A stretch of DNA of 55,470 nucleotides from the NCBI GenBank assembly GCA_964606525.1, contig CAZSHH010000003.1, forward strand, positions 8,006 to 63,475, in the 5' to 3' direction. This stretch comes from an uncultured Dehalococcoidales bacterium. Lineage in GTDB: Bacteria > Chloroflexota > Dehalococcoidia > Dehalococcoidales > UBA2162. Below are positions 19,703 to 28,210 of this stretch, one piece after another. The notes under the pieces are model-generated. The model was not told the origin of the DNA and ran no database searches. It was given only the letters and a program-made list of their open reading frames with translations. The translations under genes were made by a program, and so were the position numbers. Numbering within the stretch: the first letter of the stretch is position 1; every line of letters begins with the position of its first letter.

Positions 19703-20626
19703 CTACCCGATCTGTTGAAGCAAACGCTGGGCAGTGATACCGGCAGCTACCCCGTCACCCACAGCAGCAGCGATCTGCCGGGGAGAACCACGCCGGATAT
19801 CTCCGGCGGCAAGAACAAAGGGGATTTCGGTTTCCATATCCGAATTAACGATAACCTGGCCGTCATTATCGAGGGGCACGATGCCGTCAAGATACCCTGT
19901 ATTCGGCACCACCCCGATATGAACCAGCACACCACTCACAGGCAGATCTACTTCAGTGCTATCTACATTATTGCGGACCCGAACCCGCTCCACCCGGACA
20001 CCACCCGCAACTGCAGTCACCACTGAATCCGGGACAAACTCTATTTTAGGTTCGGAAGCCAGACGATCCTGCAAGACCGGGGCTGCCCGGAGTTCACCGC
20101 GGCGGTGAATGAGAAAAACCTGGGAAGCCAGCCGGGCCATATAAATGGCTTCCGAAACAGCGGCATCACCCCCACCGCAAACAGCCACCGCTTGCCCGGT
20201 GAAACGGCTGCCGTCACATAAGGCACAAGTAAAGACTCCTTTATCCTGAAACGCATCCTCACCGGGGACATTTAATTTTTTCATGCGGGAGCCGCCGGCG
20301 AGAATAACGACCGCCGTGGTATAACCGCGTCCGCCGGTAAAACCTACCCACCGGCAGTTATCAAAGAGTTCGAGGCTGTTGACTTCAGCTTGTTTGTACT
20401 GCAGGCCAAATGCGGCTGCTTGAGCCACCATGGCGGAAGCCAATTCAGCCCCGGCGATCCCTTCCGGAAAACCGGGGTAGTTCTCGATCAGAGCAACGTT
20501 TTTCGGGTATCCGCCGAAGCTGTCCTTTTCCAGCAACAGGGTCCGGTATTTCGCCCGGGCTAAATACAGCCCAGCCGTCAAACCAGCCGGGCCGCCGCCG
20601 ACAATGACTGCATCCCAGTCAAACAT
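19703..20626 (-). CDS. thioredoxin-disulfide reductase-like flavoprotein (low-Mr TrxR type)
   Basis: 307-aa ORF with the FAD motif VIVGGGPAGLTAG, the redox dithiol CALCDG (TrxB has CATCDG) and the NADPH motifs GGGDAAVSEA and IHRRGELRA. It starts 29 nt after the stop of the selenoprotein gene. Confidence 0.8.
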   Translation of the reverse strand: MFDWDAVIVGGGPAGLTAGLYLARAKYRTLLLEKDSFGGYPKNVALIENYPGFPEGIAGAELASAMVAQAAAFGLQYKQAEVNSLELFDNCRWVGFTGGRGYTTAVVILAGGSRMKKLNVPGEDAFQDKGVFTCALCDGSRFTGQAVAVCGGGDAAVSEAIYMARLASQVFLIHRRGELRAAPVLQDRLASEPKIEFVPDSVVTAVAGGVRVERVRVRNNVDSTEVDLPVSGVLVHIGVVPNTGYLDGIVPLDNDGQVIVNSDMETEIPFVLAAGDIRRGSPRQIAAAVGDGVAAGITAQRLLQQIG

Positions 20627-20655
20627 ACAAGCGACCTCAAAGCACTAAACGTCAA

Positions 20656-22257
20656 TTAATACCGGAAATAAACCGGAACCAGGTTTTTATATTTTGCCAC
20701 AAGACGGGACCAGTTTTGGGGCAACTCGATCTTCCTGGTAACGAAAGTATTATTAAAACCACCGGCACTGCGCAGCAAGGCCATAAAAGCGCCGGGGCCG
20801 CCAGCGACGATCAACATGACGTCCTCAGGACTTAAGGGCGGGCGCGGTGGTGTGGCAGCGGACCTGGTATTGACGGCAATATACTCGAGCACACGGGTCC
20901 TGGTCCAACCAGCCCGGGATAATATTTTCGCCCAGGTAGGATTGATGATGAAACAAGAAAGCGCCACAGCGCCCATATTGGCCAGAGCCTGTAAGATGCC
21001 ATCAGCACTCGTTTCAATAGGGATGGCCTGCATAAAGGAATTGGGGAAAAAGACCGTGACGGTGCTGTCTGTATTCTGATAACCACGTTCAACATGGAGC
21101 GGCGGCCAGGGAGACTCTTCTTCATTTTCGCCAATCACCAGGGTGTATTTACCAGGATTACCGATAACCCCCATATCTTCGACTGCCTTACGTGCACCGC
21201 CGATATTTTTTACGATCAGGCCGACCGCCCGGCCGATGGCGGCATTGGCGATATTCCCCGGGCTGAGTGAACCCGAAGAAGAATTGATAAGGATATCATG
21301 ATGGACCGGGCCGTTAACCGCCCAGAAAGGAGCCCAGGAACCGGTACTTACTTCGAAAGTATCGAACCGTGACTTCGGATCCATCAAGGCCTGGACGGCG
21401 GCAATAAGCACCGGCAGATAAGTAGGCAAACAACCAGCCATAACCGCATTGACGGCGATTTTCTCCACCGTGGCTTTACCCAGGCGGGGGATAACCTTAG
21501 TCACCACGTAATCTGCCGGTAAGTCAGTTCCGGCCAGCATTTCTGCGACAGCCTCTTCGGTCGGCGGAATGATGGGGAGACCGTCCGTCCAGCCCCGGCG
21601 GTAAAAGAAACGGTTAACCTCGGACAGACTGCCTTTAAAAACCAAACGGGAAAGGTTTTCCGTTTCTTTTTGGGGTGAAGCCTCACCGGGTGTAAGCGGC
21701 CGAGTCAGGCCGGCAATGATATCATCCATCACGGAGGAAATACCCGAGGCGATATCTTCAGCGATGTTGGACTCACATAAAACCGGTTCCGGCACGATGC
21801 GTACTGAAGGCAAACCTTTCCCGGAAGCAGCCGAATGCGCATCATTCACAAAACCGGTATTGATCAAGACGACAACCGGGGTCCCCAATTTTTCAATAGC
21901 CACGCCGTTGTACACAACGAACTTGGTGCAGGACCCTCAGTCACCGACGGCAGCAACGACTGCATCCACGCCTTTCACCCAATCCGTAAAGGCCGCCCGG
22001 TTTTCCGTCACCGACTCGTCTACGTTGGGCGCCCGGGAATCATAAAGACTGGTCTCGATACCAGGAAACCTGGCTTTCAGATTTTTCTCCACCTCGGCCA
22101 GCATAGGTTTCGCCGCCCGTTTGAAATTTGCGAACAAGCCGATCTTCTTCCCTGCCAGCGAATCCAGGCGGGGAGAAATCCCCTGTAACGGGACAGGGTC
22201 TACTTCTGCCCAAGGATTAAGGACTTCATAACTACCGGCTGTTTTTGGCACATCCAT
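20656..22257 (-). CDS. two-domain selenoprotein, U-G-S-C motif (in-frame TGA at 21937..21939 read as Sec107); 533 aa
   Basis: Track ORFs 21937..22257 and 20656..21915 are in the same frame and are separated only by one TGA: ...VVAAVGD-U-GSC-TKFVVYNGVAIEKLG... SD AAGGGGTG lies only before the ATG at 22257, and there is no SD in the 21 nt after the TGA. The paralog at 47746..49446 has its TGA at the aligned position. Confidence 0.7.
21905..21920 (-). promoter_or_regulatory. weak candidate SECIS-like hairpin
   Basis: On the mRNA, UC-GUUG-UGUA-CAAC-GG forms a 6-bp stem (including one G.U pair) with a 4-nt loop containing G-U. It starts about 16 nt after the UGA. GGGUCC just after the UGA can also pair with GGACCC about 50 nt downstream. 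Confidence 0.3.
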
Positions 22258-22507
22258 CGCAACACCCCTTCTTCTTTTGGAATACCTGCTATACCTGCCA
22301 TGGGTTTGAGAAACCGGAGCGGAAATCCCGGCGACGGTAATGACCGGGTATTATCCCAGCTTGACCAAATCCCAGGGATTCGAGCCAAAGTGGTATAAGA
22401 AAAATTCTGGTTGATTATACACCCGGCCAGTCCGGTTACTGTCAAATAATTGTCATTGATGAAGATGATGATTGCCGGCCGCGCTGTATACAGATATAAT
22501 AGGGGGC

Positions 22508-23116
22508 ATGCTGTGTCCGAATGAAGGCTTAGAAATGCACCCGGTCACGATACACTCCCACTACGGGCAACCTATTACCGTCGACCAGTGTGAGAAATGC
22601 GGCGGCATCTGGTTCGACGAAGCGGAATTATTCCAAGCCGGACAGGGCGAAGCGGAAAAGATAGAATCTCTGAATACGGATTTGTTGCTGACACCAACCC
22701 CGATGGAGAACCTGATACTGGATTGTCCCAGGGACCATGTCCAGCTATTCCGCTTTACGGACCAGAAATTCCCGGAAAGCATAGTTTTAACGAGATGCCC
22801 AGCCTGCCACGGCATCTGGTTAAACCGGGGCGACTTCACCAAATACCAGCAGGCACGGTGGGCGTCTTTGCACGCTAAAGACAAGAAAGCGGAAAACAAG
22901 AAATTGTTGGCCAATATCGAAGAACTGGCGGCACTGCATAAGGCGGGGAATTCGACAGTCACCCTGGGTAAACTGGGTCAATTTCTCTCCACCGATATGG
23001 ACGTCAACAGTGCTCTCCCGGCAGGCGCGGCGGAGAAATCTAGCCAGGCGGAAGAGACGGCCAATATTGCCGTCGGCTTATTACTGACCGTACTGAGAGT
23101 GATCTTCCGCATCTAG
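22508..23116 (+). CDS. protein with two zf-TFIIB-like zinc-ribbon repeats and a C-terminal hydrophobic tail
   Basis: Has repeated blocks ...CEKCGGIWFDEAEL... and ...CPACHGIWLNRGDF..., and a C-terminal helix IAVGLLLTVLRVIFRI. The start is uncertain: TTG at 22472, ATG at 22508 after AGGGGG, or ATG at 22532. Confidence 0.55.
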   Translation: MLCPNEGLEMHPVTIHSHYGQPITVDQCEKCGGIWFDEAELFQAGQGEAEKIESLNTDLLLTPTPMENLILDCPRDHVQLFRFTDQKFPESIVLTRCPACHGIWLNRGDFTKYQQARWASLHAKDKKAENKKLLANIEELAALHKAGNSTVTLGKLGQFLSTDMDVNSALPAGAAEKSSQAEETANIAVGLLLTVLRVIFRI

Positions 23117-23180
23117 TTTCAACCGGCGCTGCCATTCAAGTTAGCACGGTTGGCCCGGAAAACCCTCAAACAAATATCAT

Positions 23181-23209
23181 TTGACAAGATACAGTCTTGT
23201 TGGTAGGAT
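23181..23209 (+). promoter_or_regulatory. sigma70-like promoter candidate
   Basis: TTGACA (23181..23186), a 17-nt spacer ending in TGg (extended -10), then TAGGAT (23204..23209). Confidence 0.35.
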
Positions 23210-23364
23210 AGCGTCATAAAATAACTCTTCGATCGTTGACGGCTAAAGCCAAGGCTATGCCGACAGCGGCCAGAAGTCCTGAAAAGCTTCGAGGGTATCA
23301 AAAGGAAACTTTTATACCTCCCGTGTTAGGAAAGGAGAGTTGCCTCAGAGTGTGTGTGTTTCTG

Positions 23365-23392
23365 GGCGCCTCCTTAAAGAGGCGCCTGTTTT
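23365..23392 (+). terminator. rho-independent terminator candidate
   Basis: 8-bp stem GGCGCCTC / GAGGCGCC with loop CTTAAA, followed by TGTTTTATT. Confidence 0.55.
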
Positions 23393-23670
23393 ATTATTAG
23401 CATCAAAAAGAAAGACCTCCGAGCTTTATACCTCAACCCTGTAATGGGGTATGGTATTCAGCCGGTGTCCCGATAGAATCGAGACTGAGAGTATTGCAGG
23501 AAACGGCAATGCCTCCCGGATGCGGAAAGGAGATATCCCATAACTGGGACTGGTTAAGGGACAGGTGTCGTCAAGAGAAGAAACCGGTTGCTTCCGACAG
23601 CAGATAAGCGCCGATGCCATCAATACGCCTCCGGGTCCTGCATAAAGGTAAAAATATGGGAGGGTTAAAA

Positions 23671-25146
23671 ATGTCAGACTACAAGATGCTTATCGGTGGG
23701 GAATTGTTGGAAGCGGAATCGGGGAAACCCTTCCCCGTGATGAACCCGGCAAATGGAGAACAATTCGCCACAATCCCACTGGGGGACGTAAAGGACGTCG
23801 CCAAGGCAGTAAGCGCCGCCAAGAAGGGTTTCCCCGGTTGGGCACAGGTACCCACACAGGCACGGGCAGAGGCACTGCGCCAGATAGCAGCAGGACTGCG
23901 CGCCCGGATGGAAGAAATCATCAAGCTGGAAATCCAGAACCATGGAACGCTGGCGCCAATGGCCCGCGGCATGATGATGGGGGTCCCGGCTACGCTGGAA
24001 AAAGCGGCCGCGACCAGCCAGTTCCTCTGGGAAGAGTCCAGCAGTGACATAATGAGCAACCGGGGCAGTATCGCCTATATACACCGGGAACCCATCGGCA
24101 TCTGTGCCCTGATCACACCTTGGAACGTACCGTTGATGCAGGCAGTATCCAAGCTGGCACCGGCCATGGTGATGGGAAATACCTGCATCATTAAGCCGCC
24201 CAGCATCGATTCAGCGACGACACTGATACTGGGGGAAATCATTGCCAAACTGAGTAAAATCATCCCACCGGGAGTGGTCAATATCATCACCGGGCCGGGC
24301 GGGGTTACCGGCAACGCCCTGGCGGCACATCCGGACATCGCCCGGATAGATTTTACCGGGAGTTCCGAGACAGCGAAAGCCATCATGGCCGCGGCGGCCG
24401 GTACGCTAAAGCGGCTCAGCCTGGAAGCCGGGGGTAAAAACCCCTTCATCGTAATGGAAGATGCCGACATCGAACACGCCGCCATGACAGCGGTGATGGG
24501 CCAGACAGCCAATTCCGGACAAATCTGCATCTCACCCGGGCGCTACCTGGTCCATGAGAAAGTACATGACGAATTCGTGGAAAAATGGGCGGCGGCGGCC
24601 AAGACGATAACCGTAGGCGACCCAATGGATCCGGCAGCAAGGATGGGACCACTGGTCAGCGCCGAACACCGGGACCGTGTTGAAAGCTATATCAAATCTG
24701 CGGTCAACGAAGGGGCGACCATGGTTACCGGCCATTCCGGCCCGCTGCCGGAGCCACTAAACAAAGGATATTATGTTTTGCCCACGCTTTTCACCGGAGT
24801 TACACCGCAAATGAAAGTCTACCGCGAAGAAATCTTCGGGCCAGTAGCCTGCATCACCAAATATTCCGGGAAGGACAACGTGGTGGACATGGCTAACGAT
24901 AACAACCTGGGTCTTTCCGCTTCGATATGGACAAGGGATTTAGCCAAAGGGATCCGGACCGCCCACCAGGTGCAGGCCGGCACCATATACGTAAACGACA
25001 ACATGGTCATGGGGGCGCTGCATTTCGGCGGAGTCAAGGAGAGCGGGTTGGGAAAAGAAGGGGGACAACGGGGTTTCGATGAATACTGTGAGATGAAAGC
25101 CGTGTACGTGAATATTGGTGAAGGCGGAAAACCAGGCCGCATGTAA
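23671..25146 (+). CDS. NAD(P)-dependent aldehyde dehydrogenase (paralog 1)
   Basis: The ATG at 23671 follows GGGAGGG, giving N-terminus MSDYKMLIGGE. The catalytic Cys lies in NSGQICISPGRY, the Glu motif is LEAGGKNPF, and the cofactor motif is FTGSSETAKAI. The track start at 23614 is probably an upstream extension. Confidence 0.9.
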   Translation: MSDYKMLIGGELLEAESGKPFPVMNPANGEQFATIPLGDVKDVAKAVSAAKKGFPGWAQVPTQARAEALRQIAAGLRARMEEIIKLEIQNHGTLAPMARGMMMGVPATLEKAAATSQFLWEESSSDIMSNRGSIAYIHREPIGICALITPWNVPLMQAVSKLAPAMVMGNTCIIKPPSIDSATTLILGEIIAKLSKIIPPGVVNIITGPGGVTGNALAAHPDIARIDFTGSSETAKAIMAAAAGTLKRLSLEAGGKNPFIVMEDADIEHAAMTAVMGQTANSGQICISPGRYLVHEKVHDEFVEKWAAAAKTITVGDPMDPAARMGPLVSAEHRDRVESYIKSAVNEGATMVTGHSGPLPEPLNKGYYVLPTLFTGVTPQMKVYREEIFGPVACITKYSGKDNVVDMANDNNLGLSASIWTRDLAKGIRTAHQVQAGTIYVNDNMVMGALHFGGVKESGLGKEGGQRGFDEYCEMKAVYVNIGEGGKPGRM

Positions 25147-25202
25147 TTAAGAGGACGGATAATCGAAAAAGAGAAAATATCTGTAGTTGGGAGGAACTAT
25201 AA

Positions 25203-26660
25203 GTGTCGGATTATAAGATGTTGATAAACGGAGAACTGGTGGAAGGGGCAGCGGGGAAGACTTTCCCGGTAACCAATCCGGCGACGGGACAGCAATTTGC
25301 CACGATCGCCCTGGGTGGACAGGAAGAAGTAAATAAAGCAGTAGCAGCTGCCCAAAAAGCATTTCCGGTATGGTCGAAGATGCCGGTACAAGCAAGAGGA
25401 GAAGTACTACGCCGAATCGGGGCGGGGATACGGGAAAGGGCGGAGGAAATCGCCAAACTGGACAGCATGAACCACGGCTCGCCGATTTCAGTCACCCGCA
25501 ACCGGGTGATGGGTGCATCATTCGGGTTGGAAGGGGCGGGCATGGCCATGCAGCGGATCCAAGACCAGAGTGTCGACCTGGGCAACCAGGAACTGGCCTA
25601 CGTACGCCATTACCCCATTGGGATATGTGCCCTGATCACACCCTGGAACGTACCGCTGCTGATGTCGGTGAGTAAAATGGGGCCGGCTTTGATCGCCGGC
25701 AATACCTGCGTGATGAAACCACCCAGCACCAATTCGGCGACCACGCTGATCCTGGGGGAAATCATCACAAAACTAGGGAACATGGTTCCGCCGGGAGCAA
25801 TCAATATCATCACGGGGCCCGGGGGGACGACGGGTAATGCCCTGTGTTCCCATCCCGACGTGGGGATGATCGGGTTCACCGGGAGCTGCGAAGCAGGCAA
25901 AGCGATCATGGCCGCGGCCAGCGGGACAATCAAAAAACTCAGCCTGGAGCTGGGTGGTAAAAATCCGTTCATCGTGTTGGAAGACGCCGACCTCGACCTC
26001 ACGGCGGAGTGGGCGGCGGCCTGCCAGACCTCCAATTCCGGCCAGATCTGTGCCTCTCCGGGACGCTACCTAGTACATGAGAAAGTACATGACGAATTCG
26101 TCGCCAAATTCATCGCTGCAGCGAAGAAAGTCAAGGTGGGCGATCCCCTGGACCCGGCGACACAAATGGGCCCGCTGGTCAGTGAAGAACACCTGCGGAA
26201 AGTGGAGGGCTACATTCGAGGTGCGATCGCCGAGGGGGCGACACTGGCGCTAGGACAACCCGGCCCACTACCCCCTCCGTTAGACAAGGGTTTCTACGTC
26301 CTCCCGACTGTTCTGACGGGGGTAACGCCGAAGATGAAAGTGTACCGGGAGGAGATATTCGGCCCGGTAGCGTGCATCACCAAATACACCGATAAAGATG
26401 ATGTCATCGCCATGGCTAACGATAATACCTACGGACTGACGGCTTCCGTCTGGTCGAAAGACGTCAATAAAGCCATCCGCACGGGACATCAAATTGAAGC
26501 CGGTACTATATATGTTAACGACCACATGATCATGGGCGGACTGCCTTTCGGCGGTGTCAAGGAAAGCGGTTTTGGCAACGGCAACATTGAAGAATATACA
26601 GACGTCCGGTCGATCTATGTCCGCATCGGCGAGGGGAAGGTCAACCGGGTATTGATATAA
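25203..26660 (+). CDS. NAD(P)-dependent aldehyde dehydrogenase (paralog 2)
   Basis: GTG start 8 nt after GGGAGGA, giving MSDYKMLINGE. Carries LELGGKNPF, NSGQICASPGRY and FTGSCEAGKAI. Confidence 0.9.
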   Translation: MSDYKMLINGELVEGAAGKTFPVTNPATGQQFATIALGGQEEVNKAVAAAQKAFPVWSKMPVQARGEVLRRIGAGIRERAEEIAKLDSMNHGSPISVTRNRVMGASFGLEGAGMAMQRIQDQSVDLGNQELAYVRHYPIGICALITPWNVPLLMSVSKMGPALIAGNTCVMKPPSTNSATTLILGEIITKLGNMVPPGAINIITGPGGTTGNALCSHPDVGMIGFTGSCEAGKAIMAAASGTIKKLSLELGGKNPFIVLEDADLDLTAEWAAACQTSNSGQICASPGRYLVHEKVHDEFVAKFIAAAKKVKVGDPLDPATQMGPLVSEEHLRKVEGYIRGAIAEGATLALGQPGPLPPPLDKGFYVLPTVLTGVTPKMKVYREEIFGPVACITKYTDKDDVIAMANDNTYGLTASVWSKDVNKAIRTGHQIEAGTIYVNDHMIMGGLPFGGVKESGFGNGNIEEYTDVRSIYVRIGEGKVNRVLI

Positions 26661-26693
26661 AAATAAATAAAGGGATCGATTAAGGAGGGGGTC

Positions 26694-28151
26694 ATGACAG
26701 ACAACAAGTTTTGGATCGGTGGCAAGTGGATAAGCCCTGCATCAGGGAAAACATTTCCCACGTTTAATCCGGCTACCGGAGAAGAATTGGCCCAATTACC
26801 CCTGGCCAGCCAGGAAGACGTGGACCTGGCAGTAGCGGCGGCAAGGAAGGCATTTCCGGCCTGGTCACAGAAAATGCAGGTAGAACGCTCACAGATGATG
26901 ATGAAGATCGCGGCAGTGATCCGCAAGCGGGCGGCGGAAGTCACCCGGCTGGAAATAACGGAGCACGGCTCGGTCTTGGAGCAAGCCAACCACATTCCGA
27001 TGGGGGCGGCAGGGGAATACGAGACCTCAGCGGTGATATCAAGGTCACTCATTGATGATTTTGTACCTTCGATGCCGAACCTGCTGACATATATCAAGCG
27101 GGAACCGATCGGGGTAGCCGGCATTATCACCCCCTGGAACCATGCCATCATGATGATGGCGGTAAAAACAGCGCAAGCCCTCTCGGTCGGAAACACCGTC
27201 GTGCTAAAACCACCCAGTGTCAACTCCCTGATGGGCTTGAAGCTGGCGGAGATCTTTGAAGAAGCGGAATTACCACCGGGGGTAGCCAATGTCATCACCG
27301 GGCCAGGAGCAAGCACCGGGAACATCATGGCCAACCATCCCGGGATAGATGTTATCGGTTTTACGGGCAGCAGCGCTACGGGAAAAGAAATCATGGCAGC
27401 GGCCAGCAAGACCCTGAAACGGCTGACCATGGAACTGGGCGGGAAGAACCCCTTTATCATACTGAAAGACGCCAACCTCGAGGAGATCGTCCCCCAGTTC
27501 GCGCGCCAGAAATGCGACAATGTAGGCCAACACTGTTCGGGAGCCGGCCGTTACTATGTGCACAAGGACCTTTATGACAAGTTTGTAAACATGTATGTCA
27601 GCGAGATGAAGAAGATCGTGGTCGGCGACCCGGCGGACAAGCAAACCATGATGGGCCCCATGGCCAGTCAGGAAAACCGGGACCGCATCGAAGAATATAT
27701 CAAGCTCGGTGTAAAAGTAGGAGCCCGGCTGCTGCTCGGCGGCGAACGGCCAACTGCACCACCCTTGAATAAGGGGTGGTTCATCATGCCGGCGGTACTG
27801 GCCGATGTCAAGCAGAACATGAGGGTTGCCCGGGAAGAGATTTTCGGTCCCGTGGCGGTGATCATGGAACCATTCACCTCAGAAGAAGAGGTGATCGAAC
27901 TGGCTAACGACAACTCCTACGGGCTGGTGGCTTCAGTATGGACCAACGACGTCGCCCGGGGGATGACCTTCATCAACCGGCTGCATGCAGGGACGGTGCA
28001 GGTCAACAACTCGATGCTGGGACCGGGAATGCCGTGGGGGGGCTTCAAGGAAAGCGGCATCGGCAAGGAAAGCGGCCTGGAAGGCACGCGCTGCTATACC
28101 CAGCTAAAAGCCGTGGCGATTAAATACGGCGAGATCAAGTTTCCCAGGTAA
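26694..28151 (+). CDS. NAD(P)-dependent aldehyde dehydrogenase (paralog 3, divergent)
   Basis: SD AAGGAGGGGG. Carries MELGGKNPF, VGQHCSGAGRYYV and FTGSSATGKEI. Confidence 0.9.
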   Translation: MTDNKFWIGGKWISPASGKTFPTFNPATGEELAQLPLASQEDVDLAVAAARKAFPAWSQKMQVERSQMMMKIAAVIRKRAAEVTRLEITEHGSVLEQANHIPMGAAGEYETSAVISRSLIDDFVPSMPNLLTYIKREPIGVAGIITPWNHAIMMMAVKTAQALSVGNTVVLKPPSVNSLMGLKLAEIFEEAELPPGVANVITGPGASTGNIMANHPGIDVIGFTGSSATGKEIMAAASKTLKRLTMELGGKNPFIILKDANLEEIVPQFARQKCDNVGQHCSGAGRYYVHKDLYDKFVNMYVSEMKKIVVGDPADKQTMMGPMASQENRDRIEEYIKLGVKVGARLLLGGERPTAPPLNKGWFIMPAVLADVKQNMRVAREEIFGPVAVIMEPFTSEEEVIELANDNSYGLVASVWTNDVARGMTFINRLHAGTVQVNNSMLGPGMPWGGFKESGIGKESGLEGTRCYTQLKAVAIKYGEIKFPR

Positions 28152-28182
28152 ATAACGGGTAGAGAATACCGGGATAAAAAAG

Positions 28183-28210
28183 GGCTCCTCATTGAGAGGA
28201 GTCTTTTTTT
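28183..28210 (+). terminator. rho-independent terminator
   Basis: The CTCCTC / GAGGAG core stem extends to 28183..28203 and is followed by a T7 run (28204..28210), 30 nt after the ALDH3 stop. Confidence 0.7.

Noticed and set aside
22200-22445. An 81-aa minus-strand ORF overlapping the 5' end of the selenoprotein gene.
   Set aside because: It is in a different frame from the gene with the SD-supported ATG at 22257. It has no SD and no motif, so it is probably spurious.
23520-23650. A riboswitch-like look (ACTGGGACTGG ... CGCCTCCGGGTC) upstream of ALDH1, vaguely reminiscent of the ZTP/pfl motif.
   Set aside because: The matches to the remembered consensus (ACUGGC ... CGCCUGGGC) are inexact. 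The gene context (ALDH) does not fit, and I cannot run a covariance model. This is not supportable.
26615-27520. A 301-aa minus-strand ORF overlapping ALDH3.
   Set aside because: It is antisense to an aldehyde dehydrogenase with intact catalytic motifs, and has no SD or recognisable domain. The 41920..42717 ORF antisense to the carboxylesterase is rejected likewise.
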